A program made the position numbers and the translations under genes. 11,661 bases of DNA from Deltaproteobacteria bacterium TL4 (GTDB taxonomy: Bacteria; SAR324; NAC60-12), in assembly GCA_051382335.1 (NCBI GenBank), contig JBBCAX010000356.1, forward strand, positions 1 through 11,661, in the 5' to 3' direction. Below, piece after piece: positions 1 through 8,967 of this stretch (its first letter is position 1; the number at the start of each line of letters is the position of its first letter). Below the pieces are notes generated by a model that was not told the origin of the DNA, made no database searches, and saw only the letters and a list, made by a program, of their open reading frames with translations.

Positions 1-1
1 C

Positions 2-346
2 TCTCCAAGACTCTTTCAACCAATAGGGGACTGACCCATCTCTATTAACAAGAATATCACTATAGTGATGAAAAATTTTACAGGCATAGGATTCACTGAC
101 GCCAAACTGTTTTCCCAACATGAAAAAGGTAGGGTAATGACGCAGATAAAAGAGGGTGAGCAACAGCTTATCCTCCAAAGATATTTCTGACTTGCACCCT
201 CTCTGCTGTAAAGGATTATTTTGGCGTGCCGCAGTCAGGTGATTAGTGACGGCTTTGCGCAGTTTTTTAAATTTTTTCAAAGGGATCCCGGTTTCTCGTG
301 TAAATTTCTCAGGTTTTTGGGTTCTCAATTTATTAAAGTAGCTCAT
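2..346 (-). CDS. IS5-family (ISL2/IS702-like) transposase, N-terminal HTH_Tnp_4 region; runs off the window and is possibly interrupted near position 46
   Basis: Not in the ORF track because the frame has no stop inside the window. ATG at 346 with SD AAGGAGG (+ strand cctcctt, 351-357). Manual translation: MSYFNKLRTQKPEKFTRETGIPLKKFKKLRKAVTNHLTAARQNNPLQQRGCKSEISLEDKLLLTLFYLRHYPTFFMLGKQFGVSESYACKIFHHYSDILVNRDGSVPYWLKESWR. The segments 'F.R.TG....F..L' and 'LEDKLLLTLFYLRHYPTF..LG.QFGVSES' match the helix-turn-helix of DDE superfamily transposases. Confidence 0.85.
   Translation of the reverse strand, partial: MSYFNKLRTQKPEKFTRETGIPLKKFKKLRKAVTNHLTAARQNNPLQQRGCKSEISLEDKLLLTLFYLRHYPTFFMLGKQFGVSESYACKIFHHYSDILVNRDGSVPYWLKESWR
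22..46. repeat. Short palindromic element AATAG-GGG-ACTGA-CCC-ATCT-CTATT (REP-like GGGGACTGACCC motif)
   Basis: AATAG (22-26) pairs with CTATT (42-46), enclosing GGG/CCC. It coincides with the point where the translation stops resembling a transposase (DILV|NRDGSVPY). Confidence 0.4.
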
Positions 347-447
347 AGGTCCTCCTTACAATACATTTGAAATACTGAAAATTTTGTAAAAGAGGAGGAT
401 ACCCGTGAACTCGCTAAAATCCAGGCTTTATTTTGGAAAGATGTCTA
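47..447 (-). mobile_element. Left end of an IS5-like insertion sequence, with a candidate terminal inverted repeat at about 431-447
   Basis: Contains the transposase start. The minus strand reads TAGACATCTTTCCAAAA from 447 downward, resembling the (T)AGAC..CTT termini I associate with ISL2-group elements. The partner end is not in the window. Confidence 0.55.
348..403 (-). promoter_or_regulatory. Anti-SD hairpin in the transposase leader
   Basis: On the minus strand, GGTATCCTCCTCTTTTACAA (403-384) is complementary, with bulges, to TTGTAAGGAGGACC (361-348), which contains the transposase SD. Confidence 0.6.
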
Positions 448-586
448 TTGTCAATCACTCTCAATACATGGTATAGGAGAATCAGATCGGACGTTTCTAT
501 TTCGAATTGAAGCTCTAAAAATAGCATTATCGGGGCAATTTGAGGTAGGCAATTAAAAAGGTTAAATTTTTAAATACGATTTCCCC

Positions 587-2785
587 ATGGTTAGAGTCCA
601 ACTTTCCTATTATTTTAATCGAATTTTGTTGTTGGCCAATGAACATCGCTCGCTATCCTCGTTTTGTTTTGTTCTCGCAATACTCGTTAGTGTTGATGTG
701 CTTTTTCATAATGTAATATTTCCAGCTTATCTCAACACTATGGAGAGTCTTTATCAGCCGGTTTCGTTGGAAGAGTCTAACCCTATTGGGTTAGGTTTTT
801 CGCCTCAATACTGGATTGGAATGCTTGCGATGGTGCTCGGAACCTTGGTGATTGTGATCTCCATTGCGTCTCAAAGTATCCCTAAACTGATTGATATCTA
901 TATGCAAGATCGGGTGAGTCTGTTCTTTATTTGGTTTATCATTCTTTCTGGAGCACATGTTATTTTGGTTCGGATGTATGGTGATATCACCCTTTATAGG
1001 CAATCCAGCCGCATGTTGAATACTCATGTCTTAATTCCAGTGTGTATTTTTCTAACCTTTCCTTATATCTTTTATATTCTGAAATATACGAAACCTATCA
1101 ACGTCATTAATCGTATTTCTAAAAATCAATTTCATCTCATTAAATCCTTGGCGTATTTTCGCATTTCCTCCTTGATGGATATGCCGATAATGGTTGAAAT
1201 GTATCAAAGAATGATGTTTGAAGCACTGAATCAGTTGGATGATCTGCTGGAATATGTAAATTTCAAAGAACCTAAAGCAGATATCATCCAGGATCTGAAC
1301 AGGTCATTGATAGCGTACATCCGAGGGAAATCTAAAATCAACCCCAAGTTTTTCCTGATCAGTCCTTCCATTCGCATCGATATTTCGTTCAAAACGCTCG
1401 TTGGACAATTTGAAGAGCTTGAACGGACGCGAACATTCTATGAACAGAAATGTTTTCGCTTATTAGGCAATATTTATATCAATCTAATTGAGGACAGTGA
1501 ATTTGATTTGGCCTCACTGTGTGCCTCTTGGATGACAACCATTGGACTTCATGCTATTGAAGAAAAAGATGATGACTTGATCCATGTGATCATTGTCCGC
1601 TTTAATACATACTTACGCTTTGCCATCAAACATGGGGCCAAGAATAATGAAGGGCGCAACCTTTACACCACGGCATTCCATTATGGTAATTTCATTGAAC
1701 ATCTTGTAACTCATCAGAAAATTGACCATGTAAAACGCTGTTTTATGTATCTGCGCATCTATGGAACTGAAATCTTCAAGCACGGTAAAAAGAGCCCCGC
1801 GCTGTATTTCATCGTGGATGTATTTGCCGCGGAAATGAAAAAAATTTTAATCCTGGCTGACCAGAAAAATTGGGACCTCACGGTACAGGAATCGCTCTTG
1901 AAAGAGCTTTTGTTAGTTGATAGTCCTCCTGATTCTGCACGCGAAGACCTGGCAAAAGGTCTTCTCATCAATAACGGGGTGAGAGTACTTCAAATGGGTC
2001 TTGCCTTATATTATTTAAAAAAGGGCTTAACCCATTTTGTCGATTTAATCATCGAAGATGCTCTGGATGATCTGGAAGTCTTAGGAGAAAACCTGTTTTT
2101 GAATGTTATTGCCATGACCTGTAATCGTCTTCGATTTTCAGGTCCTACGTTTTGGGAAGATACGGACCGGGGAAATTTAAATATCTACTATACCCCCGAT
2201 TCGGATCAGATTGATGAATTTCAATCCAAAATCGCAGAAAAGATGCGTCTGAGACTTTTAAAAAAAATAACTCAAATTTATGATTTATCTCCGTTGGAAG
2301 AGGACTTGATATGGAAAATTTCGCAATCCGATCCGAAAAATGAGGTAGTGGTTCTTTGTAAGAATGCGGATACTTTTGATAAAACCTTACATTTGTTGAG
2401 TTTTGAAGAAGAACCTCAGCTAAAAGCAGTGAACGCCCTAAGAAATAAACTACACTTCACCACAGAGAACATGAGCTTAATTCTTACGCACACCCGGCAG
2501 ATTGCCCTCAACACGGCAATAAATGTCAGTTTTCTGCCTCCAGAACAGGATCCTGTTATTAGTTTTAACGGCATTATCCTGAATAATGAATTGGATACCT
2601 TCTCGGTAAAAATACTTAAAGCCTCAAAAAACTTTGACAGATTTTCTGAAAATAAATCCGCTTATTTTCAGTTGATTTTGCCTCAGAATAATTTTGCTTA
2701 TCAATTTCAGTCGAAGATCGAAGATCTTTCAGCGGATTGTTTAAAAGTGGCTCATTGTACTCACTTCAAAAAAATTCTTAATTAG
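587..2785 (+). CDS. DUF2254-like membrane protein with a C-terminal PilZN/YcgR-like domain
   Basis: 732-aa ORF with four N-terminal hydrophobic segments and 'VISIASQSIPKLIDIYMQDR', similar to the DUF2254 pattern 'ASQ.SPR....F..D'. A long helical cytoplasmic region follows. The tail 'LRNKLHF...HTRQI...FAYQFQSKI...LKVAH' resembles the domain preceding PilZ in flagellar-brake-like proteins. Confidence 0.7.
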   Translation: MVRVQLSYYFNRILLLANEHRSLSSFCFVLAILVSVDVLFHNVIFPAYLNTMESLYQPVSLEESNPIGLGFSPQYWIGMLAMVLGTLVIVISIASQSIPKLIDIYMQDRVSLFFIWFIILSGAHVILVRMYGDITLYRQSSRMLNTHVLIPVCIFLTFPYIFYILKYTKPINVINRISKNQFHLIKSLAYFRISSLMDMPIMVEMYQRMMFEALNQLDDLLEYVNFKEPKADIIQDLNRSLIAYIRGKSKINPKFFLISPSIRIDISFKTLVGQFEELERTRTFYEQKCFRLLGNIYINLIEDSEFDLASLCASWMTTIGLHAIEEKDDDLIHVIIVRFNTYLRFAIKHGAKNNEGRNLYTTAFHYGNFIEHLVTHQKIDHVKRCFMYLRIYGTEIFKHGKKSPALYFIVDVFAAEMKKILILADQKNWDLTVQESLLKELLLVDSPPDSAREDLAKGLLINNGVRVLQMGLALYYLKKGLTHFVDLIIEDALDDLEVLGENLFLNVIAMTCNRLRFSGPTFWEDTDRGNLNIYYTPDSDQIDEFQSKIAEKMRLRLLKKITQIYDLSPLEEDLIWKISQSDPKNEVVVLCKNADTFDKTLHLLSFEEEPQLKAVNALRNKLHFTTENMSLILTHTRQIALNTAINVSFLPPEQDPVISFNGIILNNELDTFSVKILKASKNFDRFSENKSAYFQLILPQNNFAYQFQSKIEDLSADCLKVAHCTHFKKILN

Positions 2786-2884
2786 CCGCTGAATTTTAAA
2801 CGTTCTCAACCCAGATTTTGTAAAGGTCGAAACACCCCTTCAGACACTGATTAATCTCATATTCATGAAGAACACTCTATTGCA

Positions 2885-2960
2885 TTGACAGAAAAAGACA
2901 TTGTTTGTAATGGGAAAGAATAGATTATTCAATGCCGCTCAAATTTCCTCTCAGGAAATT
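2885..2960 (+). promoter_or_regulatory. Candidate sigma70 promoter and palindromic operator upstream of the first aldehyde dehydrogenase
   Basis: TTGACA at 2885-2890 and TGTAAT at 2906-2911 (short 15-bp spacer). Perfect inverted repeat AATTTCCT-CTC-AGGAAATT at 2942-2960, and a smaller GAATA-GAT-TATTC at 2918-2930. Confidence 0.35.
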
Positions 2961-3020
2961 ATCCTTAGAGGGCCTCACAAGGACCATAATTAATCAATGA
3001 CAACTCAACGTGGAGACTCT

Positions 3021-4730
3021 ATGAGTAAAACCGTAACAACTGACGTTGCCCAAAGTGACGCTTATCCTGATTACATCGATGCGATCAATCCTGCAACCGG
3101 TGAACATTTAGGCACCGTTCCTTTCACTCCTCTTCATGAAATCCCCACTATCTTTGAAAACGCGAGAAAAGCGCAGGTTGGGTGGTATGACATGAGTTTT
3201 GAAAAACGCAGAACCTATATCTTTCGAATCCGAGATTATCTGATTGAAAATGCGGATTCAATAGCAACTGCAATTTCACAGAGTAACGGAAAAACACGTT
3301 CTGACGCTTTAAATACAGAAGTTTTGCCCTCCATTATGGCTTGTGACTGGTATGCCAAGAAAGCAAAAAAATTCTTAAAAAGAAATCGAATCTCCTCTTC
3401 AAGTATCTTATTCGCAAACAAGCGAAGTTATGTTTTGCGTATGCCTTTGGGGGTGGTTGGCGTCATTTCTCCCTGGAACTATCCCTTTTCCATTCCATTC
3501 GGAGAAATAATAATGGGGTTGATGGCAGGAAATGCGGTTTTATATAAAACCTCTGAAGAGACGCCCCTGGTTGGTGTTGAGATTGAAAAAGCGATCAAAG
3601 CAGGATGCTTGCCGAAAGGCTTATGTACCTTTATCATGGGATATGGGCCTCAAATCTCAGACGCTTTTTTCCAAAATAAAATTGATAAGATTTTTTTCAC
3701 AGGAAGTGTCAGGGTGGGGCAAATTTTAATGAAACGTGCCGCAGAAGAGGTGATGCCTTTATCCTTAGAACTTGGAGGCAATGATGCGATGATTGTTTTG
3801 GAAGACGCTAATTTAGAAAGAGCCGCAAACGGGGCTGTCTGGGGCGGATTCCAAAATAGTGGACAAACGTGTGCTGGAATTGAAAGAGTTTACGTACAGG
3901 AAAGTGTCGCGGAGGATTTTATTGAAAGGGTTGTAGAAAAAACAATGGCCTTGCGCCAAGGCGTTGATCAGGGAAACTTTGATATTGATGTGGGCTCCAT
4001 GACGACGGCCCGTCAACTTCAAGTGGTAAAAAACCATATTGAGGATGCCTTAAAAAAAGGGGCCAAAATCGCAGCACAGGTGAAATTACAACCGTCCGCC
4101 TCACCTAAATCGTTTTATCCCGCAACCGTCCTGGTCAATGTGAATCATGAGATGGATGTTATGAAAGATGAAACTTTTGGGCCGGTCATCGGAATCATGA
4201 CTTTCAAAACACATGAGGAAGCGATCACTCTGGCAAATGATTCTGATTTGGGATTAAGTTCAAGTATTTGGTCTCAAAATACAAGTGTCGCCAGAAAAAT
4301 GGCGGAACGACTGCAAACAGGCATGACTACCATTAATGATCATATTTTTACTCATGGTGCCTCAGAATTACCATGGACTGGATGGAAAAAAAGCGGTTTG
4401 GGGGTCACTCACGCCCATCTTGGTTTGGAAGAAATGACCAAAGTGAAGTTGGTCAATTATGACATAACTCCAGGATTAAATACGAACTTATGGTGGTTTC
4501 CTGTAAATAAACTTTCTTATGAGGCCATCTTGGAAACACCCAAGTTGATTTTTGGAACCAAAATCTATGAACGCGCTGATATTTTGATAAAACGCATTCC
4601 GAAATTATTAAGAGATCCCCTCTTGAAAGATAAGGCCTTGTATATGCTGGGACGTGTACGGAAAAAAGGGAAAAAAGTGATGCAAAACCAGTTTTCTAAA
4701 GAAAAAGAAGAAGAGTCTTCACTGGACTAA
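3021..4730 (+). CDS. NAD(P)-dependent aldehyde dehydrogenase (DDALDH/succinic-semialdehyde-dehydrogenase-like subfamily)
   Basis: Motifs ISPWNYP, FTGS..VG, catalytic Glu in LELGGND, catalytic Cys in GQTCAG and ETFGP, plus a C-terminal WWFP extension. ATG 3021 has SD GGAG at 3012-3015 and is preferred over the ORF-track start at 2997. Confidence 0.93.
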   Translation: MSKTVTTDVAQSDAYPDYIDAINPATGEHLGTVPFTPLHEIPTIFENARKAQVGWYDMSFEKRRTYIFRIRDYLIENADSIATAISQSNGKTRSDALNTEVLPSIMACDWYAKKAKKFLKRNRISSSSILFANKRSYVLRMPLGVVGVISPWNYPFSIPFGEIIMGLMAGNAVLYKTSEETPLVGVEIEKAIKAGCLPKGLCTFIMGYGPQISDAFFQNKIDKIFFTGSVRVGQILMKRAAEEVMPLSLELGGNDAMIVLEDANLERAANGAVWGGFQNSGQTCAGIERVYVQESVAEDFIERVVEKTMALRQGVDQGNFDIDVGSMTTARQLQVVKNHIEDALKKGAKIAAQVKLQPSASPKSFYPATVLVNVNHEMDVMKDETFGPVIGIMTFKTHEEAITLANDSDLGLSSSIWSQNTSVARKMAERLQTGMTTINDHIFTHGASELPWTGWKKSGLGVTHAHLGLEEMTKVKLVNYDITPGLNTNLWWFPVNKLSYEAILETPKLIFGTKIYERADILIKRIPKLLRDPLLKDKALYMLGRVRKKGKKVMQNQFSKEKEEESSLD

Positions 4731-5158
4731 AAATGCTCTGCTTTTTTGATGAGATATTTCCTGCGTTTGTTGATGGCGATATACTCTCTGGCCCAAGATA
4801 AAATTTCGGAAGAATAAGTGGAAGGGAACCCCATTTTCTTACCCACATAAATAAAAAAATTGGATTCTGTATCGTCCAATTTTCCATCGGTGACCGCCAG
4901 GGTTGCCAAGTGGATGAGTATTTGGGCTCCGGTTTGCGGATCTGTTTTTAGTGTTTGCAAAATGATTTGCTCTTTAGATTTGACAAGTTTAACAATTTCA
5001 TTAATGGCATCCATATCTTCTAGAAAGCTGATGGTTTCTTTGAGAAATACCAGTTCGCTTTCTGTGACAACGCCATCAGCGGTAATCATTCCAACCATGG
5101 CCCGAGCACACCAGTTTTTAACATCAGAAGGTAAGTTTTCCAAAATAGACTTTGCCAT
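4727..5158 (-). CDS. TerB-like (tellurite resistance/co-chaperone DjlA N-terminal-like) protein
   Basis: Two 'ADG....E' type motifs (ITADGVVTESE and AVTDGKLDDTE) and 'GKKMGF'. ATG 5158 has SD AAGGAG (+ strand ctcctt, 5163-5168), giving 143 aa. Its stop overlaps the ALDH stop by 4 bp (convergent genes). Confidence 0.85.
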   Translation of the reverse strand: MAKSILENLPSDVKNWCARAMVGMITADGVVTESELVFLKETISFLEDMDAINEIVKLVKSKEQIILQTLKTDPQTGAQILIHLATLAVTDGKLDDTESNFFIYVGKKMGFPSTYSSEILSWAREYIAINKRRKYLIKKAEHF

Positions 5159-5357
5159 GTTTCTCCTTTTTGTTGATGATAGAGCCCGCAATCTTAAAAC
5201 GAAGTCCATGAGTGTTTTACGGTTGGGTCTTTTAAAACGTTAACAAATCCAAGAGATCAATGTCGAGGCTTAGCGTACTTATGCTGCATTATTTCCTATT
5301 TAATGTTTTTTGCCTGAGGAATTTTTTTTGTAATCATCGAAAATAACAAGGAGTCCT

Positions 5358-6731
5358 ATGACACTTAGAGTAATGAACCCCTATAATCAAGAACTCGTTT
5401 TTGAAACCCCTTATGATACGAATCAGCAAATTCAGAAAAAAGTGGACCAAGCTTGTCAAACATTTCAAAGTTGGCGTCACCAAAGCGTTGCTGAACGGAA
5501 AAAAGAAGTAGAAAAATGCTTGGCGTATTTCCGAACACATCGTAATGAAATCGCCCAGGATTTGACTCAGCAAATGGGAAAACCCATTACAGAAGCCCAT
5601 AATGAAATCAAGGGATTTTTTGAACGTACGGAATGGATGCTCGCCAATGCGGAAGAGGTGCTGGCTCCTGATGAATTGTCACCCAAGGAGGGATTTCATC
5701 GACGGATTGAGCATGATCCCTTAGGTGTGGTCCTGGATATCGCTGCTTGGAACTATCCCCTCTTGATTGCTGTGAACGTGGTCGTTCCCGCATTGTTGGC
5801 AGGAAACACGGTATTGATTAAGCATAGTGCCAAAACCCCTTTATGTGGAAAGCATTTTGAAAACGCTTTCGCGGAATCCTCATTTCCAGGGTTGGTCACA
5901 AATCTCTATTTAACTCATGAACAAACCACCCAGTTGATCCAGATGCCTAAAATTGCGCATGTCGTCTTTACAGGCTCTGTCCCCGGAGGTCGTAAGGTCT
6001 ATCAGGATGCGGCTCAACGCTTCATTGATGTTGGCTTGGAACTGGGAGGTAAAGACCCGGCCTATGTCGCTCAAGATGCGGATTTGGCGTTTACGGTTCC
6101 GAACGTGATTGAAGGGGCCTGTTATAATGCGGGGCAATCTTGTTGCGCGATAGAAAGAGTGTATGTGCATCATTCGGTTTACGCTGAATTTATGGAGAGA
6201 GCTCAGGAGGCGATCAAGTACTATCAGTGTGGTAATCCTTTAGACTCTTCAACTACGCTGGGCCCTCTTGCCAGTAAATCCGCCCTCAGTTTTTTAGCAC
6301 ATCAAGTCCAGGACGCTCTTGACAAGGGGGCGACTTTGCTCACAGGCGGCCGTCCCCTTGCGGATACGAAGGCCAACTTTTTTCCCGCGACCTTATTGGC
6401 TAATGTGCCCAATCATGCGGAAGTGATGCAGGAGGAAAGCTTTGGCCCCTTGGTTCCTGTGCTCAAAGTCCAGGATGATCAGGACGCCCTGCAAAAAATG
6501 AACGAGACCCAGTTTGGTCTAACCGCCTCCATTTGGACTCGCGATTTAGATCGAGCGAATTATTTTGCAAAATATCATGATGCGGGTACAATTTACCAAA
6601 ACCGCTGTGATTATTTGGATCCCGCCTTACCTTGGACTGGCGTCAAAGATAGCGGAAAAGGGTCCAGTCTTTCTCCCTATGGTTTCTATCATTTGACACG
6701 GTGTAAAAGTATCCATTTTCGTCAAATTTAG
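5358..6731 (+). CDS. NAD(P)-dependent aldehyde dehydrogenase (ELGGKDPAYV subfamily)
   Basis: Motifs AAWNYP, FTGSVPGG, LELGGKDPAYV, GQSCCAIERVYV and EESFGP. SD AAGGAG at 5349-5354. Confidence 0.94.
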   Translation: MTLRVMNPYNQELVFETPYDTNQQIQKKVDQACQTFQSWRHQSVAERKKEVEKCLAYFRTHRNEIAQDLTQQMGKPITEAHNEIKGFFERTEWMLANAEEVLAPDELSPKEGFHRRIEHDPLGVVLDIAAWNYPLLIAVNVVVPALLAGNTVLIKHSAKTPLCGKHFENAFAESSFPGLVTNLYLTHEQTTQLIQMPKIAHVVFTGSVPGGRKVYQDAAQRFIDVGLELGGKDPAYVAQDADLAFTVPNVIEGACYNAGQSCCAIERVYVHHSVYAEFMERAQEAIKYYQCGNPLDSSTTLGPLASKSALSFLAHQVQDALDKGATLLTGGRPLADTKANFFPATLLANVPNHAEVMQEESFGPLVPVLKVQDDQDALQKMNETQFGLTASIWTRDLDRANYFAKYHDAGTIYQNRCDYLDPALPWTGVKDSGKGSSLSPYGFYHLTRCKSIHFRQI

Positions 6732-6802
6732 ACCTCAAGTGCCCAGGGATGGACAACCTTTCGACATCTATTTGTCCGAACAGAAATTTTAAAGGAAACG
6801 TG

Positions 6803-6830
6803 TGGTGCGCCTGGTGTGTTGGGCGCACTA
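6803..6830 (+). other. GC-rich intergenic hairpin
   Basis: GTGCGCC (6805-6811) pairs with GGCGCAC (6822-6828), extendable by G-U pairs on the + strand. It is followed by an A-run rather than a U-run, so it is not a canonical terminator. Confidence 0.45.
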
Positions 6831-6846
6831 AAAAAGTAAGGAAGTG

Positions 6847-8184
6847 ATGTCTTATCCCAAACTTAAAAAATTCATTCTCATTGGTTTCACGTTTGTTCTG
6901 GCTGTTATTTTGCTGACCAAGTTCGGTGTTTATATTTTGCGCCTTGATCCTACCGAGGCGGTTGATGCTCAAAAAGGCATATATTTCAAAGGTTGTATTG
7001 CAGAAACACCAGAATCGCTGTCTTCAATCTTAAGCGTTGAACCGATATTCACCAAATTAAGTTTTGATCTTCCTATAGGCATGCGTCAAGTGCCTAACGA
7101 TTCTTCACACTGGTATGTGATAGAGCAGGCTGGAAGAGTTCAGAAATTTGAAAACCAGGAGGACGTTTCCACTAAGCTTGAGTGGGCCAACATCACAGAT
7201 AAAGTTTCTGATCCTCATAAAAATTGGGAACATGGTTTTTTAGGTCTTGCTTTTGATCCGAATTACCAACACAACGCTAAAATATACCTTTACTACATCA
7301 CACCAAGCGAGACCTCCCAGTCTAAAACCAAAGCTGTTCTCTCCTCATTTACGGTCAATCCCAAACTCAGCATCATCGATGGAGCTTCGGAACAACCCCT
7401 CTTAACGTTAGACCGTAATGGGATTTTTCACCATGGCGGAACGCTTCATTTTGGTCCTGATGGCTTTCTTTACCTTGGGTTGGGGGATGGTAACGGGGGC
7501 GGTGATGATTTGAGGCCTGAAGTGGCACAAGATATCAACGATCTGAATGGTTCTATTCTTAGAATGGATGTCACCACACACCCCTATAGGATCCCCAAGG
7601 ATAACCCTTTTGCACAAGGTGGGGGAGCCCCTGAAATATTTGCCTGGGGGTTTCGTAATCCATGGGGTTGGAGCTTTGATCGACAGACAGGTGAGCTTTG
7701 GGTCGGAGATGTTGGGGCGAATCTTTGGGAAGAAATCAATCGTGTCTCCAAGGGGGAAAACTATGGTTGGCCTTTATTTGAAGGGCCCAAGTGTTTTCAA
7801 AAACATAATCCCTTTTGCTTATCCAGAGGGCTGAATTTCCCTTTAGTGGCTCATCACCATCAGGGAAGTGAAGGTATGTTATCAATCACAGGAGGTTTTG
7901 TTTATAGGGGAAAGAAAATTCCTGAATTGCAAGGGCTCTATCTTTATGCCGGTTTTTTGAAGGGTACGATTTATGGACTTTCCCTCGATCCCAAGGGGCC
8001 TAGGATGCAAAGATTATTAATGACCCCCTTAAAAATCACAGCATTTTCAGAAGATCAGGAGGGTGAGATCTATCTCATTAATTATGAAGGAAACCTCCAT
8101 AAAATTGTTCCTTCTCTTCATCAAAATACCCCTGCAACGCTTTTTTCAACGTGCCCTCATTCTGAAAATTCTTCTTCTTTTTGA
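6847..8184 (+). CDS. PQQ-dependent sugar dehydrogenase (glucose/sorbosone dehydrogenase beta-propeller), membrane-anchored or exported
   Basis: N-terminal hydrophobic segment and family motifs EHGFLGLAFDP, HHGGTLHFGPDGFLYLGLGDG, GSILRMDV, IPKDNPF, EIFAWGFRNPW, GDVG...WEEIN, NYGWP and SITGGFVYRG. Start is ATG 6847 (or GTG 6844) after an AAGGA SD. Confidence 0.92.
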   Translation: MSYPKLKKFILIGFTFVLAVILLTKFGVYILRLDPTEAVDAQKGIYFKGCIAETPESLSSILSVEPIFTKLSFDLPIGMRQVPNDSSHWYVIEQAGRVQKFENQEDVSTKLEWANITDKVSDPHKNWEHGFLGLAFDPNYQHNAKIYLYYITPSETSQSKTKAVLSSFTVNPKLSIIDGASEQPLLTLDRNGIFHHGGTLHFGPDGFLYLGLGDGNGGGDDLRPEVAQDINDLNGSILRMDVTTHPYRIPKDNPFAQGGGAPEIFAWGFRNPWGWSFDRQTGELWVGDVGANLWEEINRVSKGENYGWPLFEGPKCFQKHNPFCLSRGLNFPLVAHHHQGSEGMLSITGGFVYRGKKIPELQGLYLYAGFLKGTIYGLSLDPKGPRMQRLLMTPLKITAFSEDQEGEIYLINYEGNLHKIVPSLHQNTPATLFSTCPHSENSSSF

Positions 8185-8302
8185 ATTTTTCGAATTACAT
8201 TGAAACAATGTTAAATTATTGACGAACTGTGTGCAAATAAACTTGGGCGCATGGAAAGTGTAGGGGAAAACTCAAAATACAGGTGTGAATTAAAAAGGAA
8301 TC

Positions 8303-8818
8303 ATGGGTACAGTAATCAGTTTCGCGGAGCGTCGCCAAGAACGAGATGTAAAAAAAAAAGAGGAAACCCTTCGTGGTTATATCACTTGGTTGCATTGTCC
8401 GACATGCAAAACCCTTGAGTATACCGAATTATATATGGCAGGGGGTCGTATCCATAAATGTGGAACTATGGTTGAGGAAAAAGGCGTTGAAATTGATGTA
8501 AGGGCAGAATATACCATTTGTCGAAGAAATCTGGATACTTTAAGCAGTTTTTTGGAAAAGAGTGACAAGTTGAAAAAGAAAAATAGCGTTAAAATTGTCA
8601 ATAAATTATTTGGTTCTGCCATACAAATCATCCGCCAAATGGAAGTTTCCGAAAAAGAATATATGAAACGCTTAGAGTTGATTGCGTCCACTTCAATCGA
8701 AACCTATCCCGATCAGTGGACCCCTCAGGATCACAATCTTGAAGTTAAAAAAATTGAGCCTTTTGGCGTTCTTTTAACCCCCGCAAGGCAATCCGATCTG
8801 TATTTTCCAAAACGATAA
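8303..8818 (+). CDS. Hypothetical protein with a putative zinc ribbon (CxxC...HxC)
   Basis: 171-aa ORF with SD AAGGA at 8295-8299. Contains HCPTC...IHKCG followed by a helical region. Confidence 0.75.
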   Translation: MGTVISFAERRQERDVKKKEETLRGYITWLHCPTCKTLEYTELYMAGGRIHKCGTMVEEKGVEIDVRAEYTICRRNLDTLSSFLEKSDKLKKKNSVKIVNKLFGSAIQIIRQMEVSEKEYMKRLELIASTSIETYPDQWTPQDHNLEVKKIEPFGVLLTPARQSDLYFPKR

Positions 8819-8838
8819 ATTAAGACCAGAAAGATAAC

Positions 8839-8934
8839 ATCGAGAATGAGCACTGCTCTGCTGAGCACGCTCAACGATATACGTTTTAGCGGCAAAAACT
8901 GTGTTTCTCCCCTGTACAGAGGACGTGGTTTGCC
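8839..8934 (+). other. Two tandem hairpins in the recR leader
   Basis: Hairpin 1: ATCG/CGAT (8839-8842, 8875-8878), TGAGC/GCTCA (8847-8851, 8869-8873) and TGCTC/GAGCA (8854-8858, 8863-8867). Hairpin 2: GGCAAA/TTTGCC (8891-8896, 8929-8934) with inner CTGTGT/ACGTGG G-U pairing. Confidence 0.4.
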
Positions 8935-8967
8935 ATAATTAAAACAAATTAACTTGCGGATATTGAT

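Noticed and set aside
5159..5209. Longer N-terminus for the TerB-like gene (start at 5209)
   Set aside because: A strong SD precedes the ATG at 5158, and the extra 17 codons are probably untranslated.
8891..8934. c-di-GMP-I riboswitch, suggested by GGCAAA...GGACG
   Set aside because: Lacks the GAAA tetraloop, the GACGCAAA segment and the second stem of the motif.
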